Positions 37,908-47,216 of a stretch of DNA of 64,000 bases are shown piece after piece. Source of the DNA: Clostridiales bacterium (GTDB lineage: Bacteria; Bacillota; Clostridia; Christensenellales; CAG-138); assembly GCA_004558825.1 (NCBI GenBank), contig SFDB01000005.1, forward strand, positions 2,894-66,893, in the 5' to 3' direction. The position numbers were made by a program, and so were the translations under genes. The notes below the pieces were generated by a model. That model was not told the origin of the DNA. It was given only the letters and a program-made list of their open reading frames with translations, and did no database searches. Within the stretch, counting starts at the first letter, position 1. The number at the start of each line of letters is the position of its first letter.

Positions 37908-38882
37908 TTATTTCCCCACTTCCGTCAGCCACTCGGCGACATCGCGCGCTTCATTAGTGTCGTACGCTATGACGGCCGCGCCAAGCGTGCGGCCGTCATA
38001 GCGGCAGCCGCGCAGCATCGATGGCAGGGCGGCGATAAACTGCTCATCCATGGCGTCGGAATATGCGGCGCATTCCTCCACTATGCCCGAGGCTGTGTGA
38101 AGGAGAAGCTGCACTCCTCCCCAGGGGAAACGCCTTTCAAGCTCGGTGTCGAAGCTCGGAGTTTCGCCGAGACGCCATTCCCACGAGGCGAAACGCTTTT
38201 CAAGCTCGTCAAGCTTAGCGGCGTCGAGCATTTTATCGTCTATGCGGTCAGCTTCGCCGTATTCGCGAATAAATGCATCCTCGAGCGCTGCGGAAAGCTT
38301 TCCGACGGTAAGCGAAGGCGAAAGCTCCTTGAGATTGCACACGCGCGAACGTACGCTGTCGACGCCTTTTGACTTGAGCTTTTCCTTTGATGGCGCGAGA
38401 TAGCGCGAAAGCCTGCTCATATCGACGTCGACGAGCAGCGTTCCGTGCTGCATGCTAACGGTGCGCGAGTGGCGGAACGCATTGCCTGAGAATTTTGCGC
38501 CATCCTTTGTGATTATATCGTTTCTGCCCGAAAATTCAGCTTCAATCGAAAGCGAAGACAGCGCCGAAAGTATAACCGAAAGCTGGCGCGACAAGTCGTA
38601 TGTGCCTTTGTCGGCTATGAAGGTGAAGTTCAGATTATTTACATCATGGAATACTGCGCCGCCGCCCGTCGTGCGCCGCGCGATAAAACCGTTTTCGGAG
38701 TCGATGAGATCGACGCGGCATTCCTTCCATGCGTTTTGGTTGCGGCCGATGACGACGGTATTCCTGTTGCGCCAAAGATAGAGCGTCATGCCCTGACCCT
38801 GAGTATCGAAAAGAAGCTCCTCGAGCGCAAGGTTGCGATACGGATTTAAGCAGTCTGTTTTTACCAGTCTGTTCATAAGCAT
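37908..38882 (-). CDS. lplA: Lipoate-protein ligase A
   Basis: RRTTGGGAVFHDVNNLNFTF and GAKFSGNAF motifs of LplA; 324 aa. Confidence 0.85.
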   Translation of the reverse strand: MLMNRLVKTDCLNPYRNLALEELLFDTQGQGMTLYLWRNRNTVVIGRNQNAWKECRVDLIDSENGFIARRTTGGGAVFHDVNNLNFTFIADKGTYDLSRQLSVILSALSSLSIEAEFSGRNDIITKDGAKFSGNAFRHSRTVSMQHGTLLVDVDMSRLSRYLAPSKEKLKSKGVDSVRSRVCNLKELSPSLTVGKLSAALEDAFIREYGEADRIDDKMLDAAKLDELEKRFASWEWRLGETPSFDTELERRFPWGGVQLLLHTASGIVEECAAYSDAMDEQFIAALPSMLRGCRYDGRTLGAAVIAYDTNEARDVAEWLTEVGK

Positions 38883-39766
38883 TATTCCTCAAACATATCT
38901 ATGAATTCGGTCACCGTGTCGGCGGCGTTTTCCGCAAAGCGGGCGTATCTGTTGTGCGTGAGCGTGGGATCCATGGGCGGCATGAGCATGTTGTCATAGT
39001 TGCCGAGCATTATGTCGGCGTTTGTGCCGTAAAAGTGTACGAATACGCCGCACTTGCGCGAAGCGGCGCGCATTGTTTCCCGATAAGCGACGAGTGCGTT
39101 GCAGAGCTTGTCGTCAAGCATGGCGGCGTCGTCTACGGTCATGGCCAGAAGCTCGTATTTTTTTCTGAATTCGGGTGTTCCGGCGTTCATGGCAAGCTTA
39201 TGGGGCCTGTTTGAGCGCGTGCGCACGCCTTCATTGTCGCTCGCTCCGCGCGGACGAAGTATCACGTCGGGCATCGATACGGGCATGTTCGTTATGCGAA
39301 TGAGCTGCACCTCGTAGCGCGGCGTTATTTCGTCGGTGCTCTTTGAGCGGTTGCGGCGCTTGAAAAGAAGGTGGCACGAATCGATGTCGGAGCCCTTGTA
39401 TTTCGCTTTGAAGCGCCTGTAGGTCATGAAACGGGAATGCTTTTTCAGGAAGCCCATGTCCTCAACCTCCTTGCGCGTGAAGCCGTTTTTTCTGTCGTAG
39501 TCAAAATCGTGAAAGCGTTTTTTGAACTCTTCGCGCATGTAAAGATCTTCGAACGCATCGAAATACCTGCGCTCGGCGGTGTCGACGAGCACAAAGGCTA
39601 TGATTATCGAAGCGGCGATGCACGCAAGCGCGGCATAACGCACATAGACGTTGTTCATGAACATGCCCGCCAGCAGGCCTATCATGCCGAGGGCAAACAA
39701 CAGCATTGTTATTATTGAGTTCCGACCGTGCTTTTTTGCAAGGTCATTGAGCTTTTCTTGAGGCAT
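38882..39766 (-). CDS. Membrane protein of unknown function (possibly DUF3137-like)
   Basis: Two N-terminal TM helices followed by a soluble domain. AAGGAG SD. TAATG stop/start overlap with lplA. The family assignment is from memory and tentative. Confidence 0.5.
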   Translation of the reverse strand: MPQEKLNDLAKKHGRNSIITMLLFALGMIGLLAGMFMNNVYVRYAALACIAASIIIAFVLVDTAERRYFDAFEDLYMREEFKKRFHDFDYDRKNGFTRKEVEDMGFLKKHSRFMTYRRFKAKYKGSDIDSCHLLFKRRNRSKSTDEITPRYEVQLIRITNMPVSMPDVILRPRGASDNEGVRTRSNRPHKLAMNAGTPEFRKKYELLAMTVDDAAMLDDKLCNALVAYRETMRAASRKCGVFVHFYGTNADIMLGNYDNMLMPPMDPTLTHNRYARFAENAADTVTEFIDMFEE

Positions 39767-39787
39767 ATTATTCTCCTTAATCCTTGT

Positions 39788-41122
39788 TTATTGCAGGAAT
39801 GTCATTGCCATGGCGCCGTATACGTTGAACATTATTCCGAAAGCGCATACGAATATTTCGTAGTATTTAAGCCGCTTTTCGGTCTGTGGCAGCACCTCGG
39901 CCCGGCTGCGCTTCATGCCGCGGTTAATGGCGGCGTTGACGGTGACGGAGCTTCTCGTATCGAGCGACGCAAGCGCCATGTAGAAGCAAACGAGCGGTAT
40001 TATGTCTACCGTGTATCGTGCGCCGAACTGCCATCCGCCGAGCGTCTTGTGCATGCAGGTGAAAATAATGTTCAGGAACATGGCGGCGATTATCGCACCG
40101 CGCGCCGCGTCAAGCTTTTTGCAGACGATATCGGTGACTATGTATACCACCGACAACACGAATATCGGGTTTGCCACGAATATGCAGAAGCCGTCGAACA
40201 GCGGGTAGTCGAGCGTGAGATCGGGGTTGACCTTCACGAAGCGCAGAAACAGCCGTTTGAGGTTCGTAAACAGATACGAAACGTTGAACTGGCCGTCGGG
40301 CGATTCGATGAATTCAGGCAGATAGTTGTGGCCGAACTCGAACACGTTCCCGAAGCGGATAAAATTATACCACATGTAGGCCGCCGCTATGCATATAGGT
40401 ATAATGAAGCATTTCCACTGCTTAAGCGCCGTTCGGAAAAAGAAAGCAAGGCGATTTCTCTTTGGAGCTTCGGACTTTCCGCGGTCGAGCACATAAAAAT
40501 ACACAAACAGCGCTATGAAGCAAACCATCGAAAACGGCCTGCATCCAACGGCGCATGCGACGAGAGCATAGGCGAGTATGCGTTTGCCGCGCAGCGCCGC
40601 GTAAAAGGCGCCCAAAAGAAGCGCGAGATTTAAGAGCTGCGCCTGAAACCATACGCCGCCGACAGTGCTCATCCACATCGCGTTGCTGCCCCAGACGACA
40701 AGCAGCGCCAAAAGCGCCGAGCTGCCCTCTTTGAAGCCTGCGTGACGGAATATCTTATACGCGAACGCCGCCGCGATAAGCGCGTATATCATAACAAGCA
40801 GGTTGCTCGGCACGTTCGCGCCGAATACGAACGTGAGCGGGAATATAACGACGCTCGGAAACGGCGGGAACGATACATAAAACTTTCCCTGATATTCGGC
40901 TATCTCGAGATAGGAATAGTTTCTTCCGAGATCGGCACGGCCTTCACGCCAGGAAAGCGCCTGCAGCGTATAGCTGTCCCAGTGGTGATTGTCGAGCAGC
41001 TTCCCCGCGGATTGATTCTTATATAAATCGTGTATCAGAATATAGCCCGCGATCATTATGACCATAAGGCATATGAGCATCCAGTCAATGCGCTTGGCTT
41101 GTGTTTTAGCGTTCGCTTCCAT
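39788..41122 (-). CDS. Polytopic GT-C-fold-like membrane glycosyltransferase (ArnT/PMT-like), tentative
   Basis: 444 aa, about 11-12 TM helices, first extracytoplasmic loop WDSYTLQALSWREGRADLG...YQGKFYVSFPPFP resembling GT39/GT83-type enzymes. The stop lies 21 nt before the next gene's start. Confidence 0.5.
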   Translation of the reverse strand: MEANAKTQAKRIDWMLICLMVIMIAGYILIHDLYKNQSAGKLLDNHHWDSYTLQALSWREGRADLGRNYSYLEIAEYQGKFYVSFPPFPSVVIFPLTFVFGANVPSNLLVMIYALIAAAFAYKIFRHAGFKEGSSALLALLVVWGSNAMWMSTVGGVWFQAQLLNLALLLGAFYAALRGKRILAYALVACAVGCRPFSMVCFIALFVYFYVLDRGKSEAPKRNRLAFFFRTALKQWKCFIIPICIAAAYMWYNFIRFGNVFEFGHNYLPEFIESPDGQFNVSYLFTNLKRLFLRFVKVNPDLTLDYPLFDGFCIFVANPIFVLSVVYIVTDIVCKKLDAARGAIIAAMFLNIIFTCMHKTLGGWQFGARYTVDIIPLVCFYMALASLDTRSSVTVNAAINRGMKRSRAEVLPQTEKRLKYYEIFVCAFGIMFNVYGAMAMTFLQ

Positions 41123-41247
41123 TGGCCCCCCTTGCTTCGCATTTTATACGCATATTATACACCGTGCGCCGGGCAATGGCAATTTAATGCGGACATATGC
41201 GCGCGGGAAAAGTTTGATAACATTTTTTATTTATTGATTAGTTAATC

Positions 41248-41276
41248 TTGTAAAGCTGTACGGTGCATGATAAAAT
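41248..41276 (+). promoter_or_regulatory. Putative sigmaA promoter of the flavodiiron gene (TTGTAA-17-TAAAAT)
   Basis: TTGTAA 41248-41253, 17-nt spacer, TAAAAT 41271-41276. The small palindrome GATTA-GT-TAATC lies just upstream. Confidence 0.4.
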
Positions 41277-41305
41277 CATATCAGCAAAACCAAAGGAGGC
41301 AGAAA

Positions 41306-43099
41306 ATGAACATCACAAAGGATATTGTTTATATAGGCGTGAACGACCATGACGTCGATTTGTTCGAGGGGCAGTACGTTGTTCCGAACGGAATGTCGTA
41401 TAATTCTTACGTTATAATCGACGAGAAGATCGCGGTTCTTGACACCGTAGACGCTCATTTTACCCACGAATGGCTTGACAATCTCCAAAATGCGCTTGAC
41501 GGACGCAGACCCGATTATCTCATAGTCCAGCACATGGAGCCCGACCATTCGGCAAACATTGCAAACTTCGCTGCGGCATACCCCGAAGCGCGCATAGTTG
41601 CGAATCAGAAAACGTTTGCGATGATAGAGAATTTTTTTGAGAATCTTAATATCGAGAGCAGGAAGGTCGTCGTAAAAAACGGCGAAACGCTTTCGCTCGG
41701 CTCCCATGAGCTTACGTTTGTTTTCGCCCCCATGGTACACTGGCCCGAGGTCATGGTGACATACGACAGCAAGGACAAGGTGCTGTTCTCGGCCGACGGC
41801 TTCGGCAAGTTCGGCGCGCTCGACGTTGAAGAGGATTGGGCATGCGAAGCGAGGCGCTATTATATAGGCATTGTGGGCAAATACGGTGCGCAGGTACAGA
41901 ATCTGCTTAAGAGCGCGTCGGCGCTTGACATCGAGATTATATGCCCGCTCCACGGCCCTGTTCTCAAGGAAAATCTCGGCTACTACCTTAACCTTTACAA
42001 CATCTGGTCGTCGTACGCGGTCGAGTCCGAGGGCGTAATGATAGCATATACGTCGGTGTACGGAAACACGAAAAGGGCCGTCGCGATGCTCGCTGAGAAG
42101 CTCAAGGAAAAGGGCTGCCCCAAGGTTGTGGTGACGGATCTCGCGCGCTGTGACATGGCGGAAGCCGTCGAGGATGCGTTCCGCTACGGCAAGCTCGTGC
42201 TTGCGACGACGACGTACAACGCCGATATTTTCCCGTTCATGCGCGAATTTATAGACCATCTTACCGAGCGCAACTATCAAAACCGTACGGTTGGCCTTAT
42301 CGAGAACGGCTCATGGGCGCCGCTTGCCGCGAAAATAATGAAGGAAAAGCTTGCGGACAGCAAGAACATAACTTGGCTTAATGCGTGCGTAAAGATAAAG
42401 TCTGCCGTCAAGGCCGAAAACATTGAGCAAATCGAGACAATGGCCGACGAGCTTTGCCGCGACTACATAGCGCGTTCGCCAGAGCTTGCGAATAAAAACG
42501 ACATGTCGGCGCTGTTCAAGATAGGCTACGGCCTCTACGTCGTCACCTCGAACGACGGCAGGAAGGACAACGGCCTTATTGTTAATACGGTTTCGCAGGT
42601 CACGAATACGCCAAACCGCGTAGCGGTAACGATAAACAAAGAGAACTATTCTCATCACATTATCAAACAGACGGGAAAAATGAATCTCAACTGCCTGAGC
42701 ACGGACGCGCCGTTTGCTGTATTCGAGACGTTCGGCTTCCACAGCGGACGCACGGTCGACAAGTTTGCGGGATGCACTCCTCTGCGCTCCGATAACGGTC
42801 TTGTTTTCCTGCCAAAATACATAAACGCGTTTATGTCGCTGGAGGTAGAGCAGTATGTCGATCTTGGCACGCACGGAATGTTTATATGCAGCGTTACCGA
42901 GGCGCGCGTCATAAGCGACCGTGAATCGATGACGTATGCATATTACTTTGCGAATGTGAAGCCGAAGCCCGAGCAGACAGGCAAGAAGGGCTTTGTGTGC
43001 AAGATATGCGGCTACGTCTACGAGGGCGACGAGCTTCCCGAGGACTTTATATGCCCGCTTTGCAAGCATGGAGCGGTAGATTTCGAGCCGATAGGATAA
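41306..43099 (+). CDS. Multidomain flavodiiron protein: FprA core (metallo-beta-lactamase + flavodoxin) fused to flavin-reductase-like and rubredoxin domains
   Basis: Diiron motif HMEPDHS; flavodoxin motif AYTSVYGNTK; flavin-reductase-like block GLYVVTSNDGRKDNGLIVNTVSQV; C-terminal rubredoxin CKICGYVYEG...FICPLCKHG. Start set to ATG 41306 after AAAGGAGG. Confidence 0.85.
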   Translation: MNITKDIVYIGVNDHDVDLFEGQYVVPNGMSYNSYVIIDEKIAVLDTVDAHFTHEWLDNLQNALDGRRPDYLIVQHMEPDHSANIANFAAAYPEARIVANQKTFAMIENFFENLNIESRKVVVKNGETLSLGSHELTFVFAPMVHWPEVMVTYDSKDKVLFSADGFGKFGALDVEEDWACEARRYYIGIVGKYGAQVQNLLKSASALDIEIICPLHGPVLKENLGYYLNLYNIWSSYAVESEGVMIAYTSVYGNTKRAVAMLAEKLKEKGCPKVVVTDLARCDMAEAVEDAFRYGKLVLATTTYNADIFPFMREFIDHLTERNYQNRTVGLIENGSWAPLAAKIMKEKLADSKNITWLNACVKIKSAVKAENIEQIETMADELCRDYIARSPELANKNDMSALFKIGYGLYVVTSNDGRKDNGLIVNTVSQVTNTPNRVAVTINKENYSHHIIKQTGKMNLNCLSTDAPFAVFETFGFHSGRTVDKFAGCTPLRSDNGLVFLPKYINAFMSLEVEQYVDLGTHGMFICSVTEARVISDRESMTYAYYFANVKPKPEQTGKKGFVCKICGYVYEGDELPEDFICPLCKHGAVDFEPIG

Positions 43100-43118
43100 C
43101 GGCGCCGGCGTATCATGC

Positions 43119-43436
43119 TTAAAGAATTGTAAATAGCACAAAAGCCCCGTTCGGCTTCAGAACGGGGCGTGCTTTATGATGGTCGGGCCTTTTTGCCACG
43201 AGAGTGAACTCTCCCGGAAGGCGCGGGTCGTTCCAAGACGGATGCTCGTCGAAACGCTCGAGCGTAAATCCGCTTCCTGTCACGGCGTTGATTATTTCGC
43301 TTATCGTGTATTCTCTGAAGCTGCAATGTTTGCGCATGATGTCAAAAGAGGATTTGCCAAAAAAAGCCCGTGCTAACCGTGCAATGCAGGCAGGTTGGCA
43401 ATTTGGTGCGAAATATGTCAAAAACGTGATTGACAA
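43119..43436 (-). pseudogene. Probable 3' remnant of a class I SAM-dependent methyltransferase gene
   Basis: Only the C-terminal-like segment REYTISEIINAVTGSGFTLERFDEHPSW...EFTLVAKR is recognisable. No SAM-binding GxGxG region, no room for one upstream, no SD. Confidence 0.35.
43144..43168 (+). terminator. Hairpin terminator after the flavodiiron gene
   Basis: GCCCCGTTC-GGCTTCA-GAACGGGGC followed by GTGCTTT (weak U tract). Confidence 0.5.
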
Positions 43437-43583
43437 TCGTGTATAAAGGTGCTTTAATTACTACGCCGAATGTTTAGCAATCTTAAACTTGCGGCTAAGC
43501 CGACCTATACGGCGCTTCGCTGTATAGAATGACTTAGATTGCTGTTTAGTGCTGCATGGCGCATTGGACGGAGGAAACAGCGC

Positions 43584-44120
43584 ATGATGAGCATAGGAGA
43601 CAAGATAAAGCGCCTCAGGCTGCGGCTCAACCTTACGCAGGAGGAGCTGGCTGACAGGACGGAGCTTTCAAAGGGATTCATATCCCAGCTTGAAAGAGAT
43701 CTGACGTCGCCTTCGATAGCGACGCTTATGGACATACTCGAGGCGCTCGGGACGAACCTGAGCGAATTTTTCAGGGAGCAAAACGCCGAAAAGGTTGTTT
43801 TTACTCCCGATGATATGTTCGTTAAGGAGGACGAAAGGCATACGGTGCGCTGGCTTGTGCCGAATGCGCAGAAAAACGCGCTCGAGCCGATACTCGTCGA
43901 GATAGCGCCGGGCGGGAGCACCTATAAGGACGATCCTCACGAAGGGGAGGAGTTCGGATATGTGCTGTCGGGCGCGATAACGCTTATGCTCGGCGACGAG
44001 GCCTACAAGATAAAGAAGGGCGGAAGCTTCTGCTTTAAGCCCACAAGCGTTCACTATATATCAAATCTCGGCAAAAAAGAGGCGTCGGTGCTTTGGGTAT
44101 CCACGCCGCCGAGCTTTTAA
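43584..44120 (+). CDS. XRE-family HTH transcriptional regulator with C-terminal cupin domain (PuuR-like)
   Basis: IGDKIKRLRLRLNLTQEELADRTELSKGFISQLERD (HTH_3) plus a cupin fold. Start set to ATG 43584 after GGAGGAAA. Directly upstream of potABCD. Confidence 0.85.
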   Translation: MMSIGDKIKRLRLRLNLTQEELADRTELSKGFISQLERDLTSPSIATLMDILEALGTNLSEFFREQNAEKVVFTPDDMFVKEDERHTVRWLVPNAQKNALEPILVEIAPGGSTYKDDPHEGEEFGYVLSGAITLMLGDEAYKIKKGGSFCFKPTSVHYISNLGKKEASVLWVSTPPSF

Positions 44121-44141
44121 TGAACTTCGGGGGTGTATGGG

Positions 44142-45524
44142 ATGGAAAACAACCGCTTAATCGAGCTGAAAAACGTATCGAAGGAATTTGACGGCGAGCT
44201 GGCGCTCAACGACGTTTCGCTCTATGTGCGCGACGGCGAGTTCCTGACGCTTCTCGGGCCGTCGGGCTGCGGCAAAACAACGCTGCTGAGGATAATCGCG
44301 GGCTTTACCGTGCCGACGTCCGGCAAGGTAATTATGGCGGGCGAGGATATGAGCCGCGTTCCGCCGCATAAGCGCAAGGTAAACACCGTGTTCCAAAAAT
44401 ATGCGCTTTTTCCGCATCTCAACGTGTTCGACAACGTTGCGTTCGGCTTGAAAATAAAAAAGACGCCCAAGGCGGACATAGCGAGGCGTGTTGAGAAAAT
44501 GCTGGAGCTTGTTAACCTGAAGGGCTACGGCAAAAGATACATAGACCAGCTTTCCGGCGGGCAGCAGCAGCGCGTGGCGATAGCGCGCGCGCTCGTGAAC
44601 GAGCCAAAGGTGTTGCTTCTTGACGAACCGCTCGGCGCGCTAGATCTTAAGCTGCGCAAGGAGATGCAGGTTGAGCTTAAGCGTATGCAGCAGCAGCTCG
44701 GCATCACGTTCATATACGTCACGCACGATCAGGAGGAGGCGCTTACGATGAGCGATACCATAGTCGTAATGCGCGACGGCGTGATACAGCAGATAGGAAC
44801 GCCTACGGATATATATAACGAACCGAAGAATCCGTTTGTGGCGGATTTCATAGGCGAGAGCAACATTGTGCCCGCGCTGATGCTCGACGATTACAAGGTG
44901 CGTATGCGCGGCAATATTTTTGCGTGCGTCGATAAGGGCTTCGGCAGGAATAAAGAGGTCGACGCGGTGATAAGACCCGAGGACATAGATATTGTAGCCC
45001 CCGATGAGGCGCGCATAAAGGGTACGGTGGCGTCCGTGGTATTCATGGGCGTTCACTACGAGGTATGCGTCGATTGCGGCGGCTACGAATGGGTCGTGCA
45101 TACAACGGACGCGGCGTATGTAGGCCAGCGTGTCGGCATATCGATACCGGCCGACGCTATCCATATAATGAAAAAAACGCGCTCCAACAACATATTCGAC
45201 GCGGAGGTATGGCCGAGCGAGGGCATGGTTTATATCGACGGCATAGGTTTTGAGTGCGAAGGGCTTGACGGATACGAAAACAAGGATATCGCGCTTGCAG
45301 AAATATCGCCTGAAAGCGTTCGCCTTGTCGCGCCGCAGGATGCGAAGCTTACGGGAAGCGTAAAGGTATGCATGTTCATGGGAACCCACTATGAGATAAC
45401 CGTCTCGTGCGAGGAGAACGACTGGATAGCGCACTCTAACGACTTCATGGAGGACGGCGAGGAGGTCGGGATACTCGTGGACGCGGCGAACATAAGGCTT
45501 GCAAAAAAGGAAGAAGAGGAGTAA
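44142..45524 (+). CDS. potA: Spermidine/putrescine ABC transporter ATPase PotA with a duplicated C-terminal regulatory (TOBE-like) domain
   Basis: Walker [36 protein letters not shown]. The C-terminus carries two similar ~75-aa units. Confidence 0.9.
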   Translation: MENNRLIELKNVSKEFDGELALNDVSLYVRDGEFLTLLGPSGCGKTTLLRIIAGFTVPTSGKVIMAGEDMSRVPPHKRKVNTVFQKYALFPHLNVFDNVAFGLKIKKTPKADIARRVEKMLELVNLKGYGKRYIDQLSGGQQQRVAIARALVNEPKVLLLDEPLGALDLKLRKEMQVELKRMQQQLGITFIYVTHDQEEALTMSDTIVVMRDGVIQQIGTPTDIYNEPKNPFVADFIGESNIVPALMLDDYKVRMRGNIFACVDKGFGRNKEVDAVIRPEDIDIVAPDEARIKGTVASVVFMGVHYEVCVDCGGYEWVVHTTDAAYVGQRVGISIPADAIHIMKKTRSNNIFDAEVWPSEGMVYIDGIGFECEGLDGYENKDIALAEISPESVRLVAPQDAKLTGSVKVCMFMGTHYEITVSCEENDWIAHSNDFMEDGEEVGILVDAANIRLAKKEEEE

Positions 45525-45539
45525 ACGGAGGGCATACGC

Positions 45540-46346
45540 ATGAAACGCAGGATATTTGCCTACCCCTACATAGTATGGATGATACTGTTCATCGTTGCGC
45601 CGATGTTTTTCATCTTGTACTATGCGTTTACGGTGAACGGCTCGTTTACGCTGACGAAATTCTGGGCGACGATAAGCGACCCGCAGAATTACGAGGTGCT
45701 TTGGACAAGCGTCGTGATAGCTTTTAAGACGACTCTAATATGCCTTTTGCTCGGCTATCCGATAGCGTACATACTTTCAAATATGCGAAAATCTGTCGCG
45801 GCGTTCATATCGGTGCTTTTCTTCGTGCCGATGTGGATGAACTTCGTGCTTCGCACATATGCGTGGCAGGCGATACTCGAGTACGCGCTGCCCGCGCTCT
45901 TCGGCTGGACCGATAAGACGCTGACGGGCACCGAGGCGGCGGTGCTGACCGTGCTTGTATATAACTTCCTGCCGTTTATGGTAATGCCGCTTTATAATAC
46001 GCTTTCAAAGCTTGATAAAAGCCTTATCGAGGCGTCGAGGGATCTCGGGGCGGGCTCGTTCCATACGTTCACGCGCGTCGTGCTTCCTCTGTCGATACCG
46101 GGCATAGTTTCGGGCATAACCATGGTGTTTATACCGGCGATAACGGCGTTCAGCGTGCCCGTGCTCATAGGCAACGGCAACTATGACCTCTACGGCAACA
46201 AGATTGACAGGGCGTTCAAAATACTTGCGGAATCCGACTATTCGACTGGCAGCACGCTTGCGCTTATACTGCTTGTGTGCGTGCTGATAAGCACCGTCAT
46301 AATGAACAGATTTGATAAAGAGCAGGCGGGAGGACAGCTTTGGTGA
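45540..46346 (+). CDS. potB: Spermidine/putrescine ABC transporter permease PotB
   Basis: 6-TM MalFG-type permease with EAA-like loop (IEASRDLGAGSFHTF). Confidence 0.85.
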   Translation: MKRRIFAYPYIVWMILFIVAPMFFILYYAFTVNGSFTLTKFWATISDPQNYEVLWTSVVIAFKTTLICLLLGYPIAYILSNMRKSVAAFISVLFFVPMWMNFVLRTYAWQAILEYALPALFGWTDKTLTGTEAAVLTVLVYNFLPFMVMPLYNTLSKLDKSLIEASRDLGAGSFHTFTRVVLPLSIPGIVSGITMVFIPAITAFSVPVLIGNGNYDLYGNKIDRAFKILAESDYSTGSTLALILLVCVLISTVIMNRFDKEQAGGQLW

Positions 46347-47215
46347 AAAAGATTGCATCGGGACTTAAATATGTATATCTCGGCCTTATGCTGTTTTTCC
46401 TGTATATGCCGATAATCTACCTCATTGTGTTTTCGTTTAACGATTTTCCGACGGTGGGCAGGCGTATAAGCTATGCGAATCTCGGCAAGTGGAGCGGGTT
46501 CTCGCTCGACAACTATCTGCGGCTTTTTACGGGCGATTCGGTCGAGCCGCTTCTTCTGACGCTGCGGGTGGCGGTGGTGTCAAGCGTGCTTGCGACGCTC
46601 GTCGGCACGGCGGCGGCCATAGGGATTAACTCAATGAAAAAGCGCTCGCGCAGCCTCGTGCTGAACGTTTCGCAGCTTCCCATGGTGAACCCCGATCTCG
46701 TGACGGGCATTACGTTTATGATGCTTTTCGCGTTTGTGAATTCGCTTCTTGTGAAGCTTGGCATGAGCCAGATGGGCGACTATGTTAAGCTTCTTATTGC
46801 CCACATATCCTTCAGCATACCTTACGTCATTTTTTCGGTTATGCCGAGGCTGAAGCAGAGCTCCAACCTGCTTTATGAGGCGGCGATGGATCTTGGCTGT
46901 TCGCCGACGAGAGCGCTTTGGAAGGTCGTAATACCCGACATAATGCCCGGCATTACATCGGGCTTCATAATGGCGCTAACGATGTCGCTCGACGACTTCG
47001 TGGTAAGCTATTTTGTATCGAGCCTGAGCAGCACATTGAGCGTGCACATATATTCGGCGGCGCAGAAGCCCTACGGCGTAAACCCCGCGCTTGCGACGAT
47101 AATATTCATACCGCTCGTTGCCATGCTCCTTATAGTCAATCTCAGGCGTATCCGCAAGGAGCGTGAATATGAGATACAAAACAAAAAGGTCAAAATGAAA
47201 AACGGAGGTAGATAA
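46340..47215 (+). CDS. potC: Spermidine/putrescine ABC transporter permease PotC
   Basis: MalFG-type permease with EAA loop YEAAMDLGCSPTRALWKV. GTG start overlapping potB. Confidence 0.85.
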   Translation: MVKKIASGLKYVYLGLMLFFLYMPIIYLIVFSFNDFPTVGRRISYANLGKWSGFSLDNYLRLFTGDSVEPLLLTLRVAVVSSVLATLVGTAAAIGINSMKKRSRSLVLNVSQLPMVNPDLVTGITFMMLFAFVNSLLVKLGMSQMGDYVKLLIAHISFSIPYVIFSVMPRLKQSSNLLYEAAMDLGCSPTRALWKVVIPDIMPGITSGFIMALTMSLDDFVVSYFVSSLSSTLSVHIYSAAQKPYGVNPALATIIFIPLVAMLLIVNLRRIRKEREYEIQNKKVKMKNGGR

Positions 47216-47216
47216 C

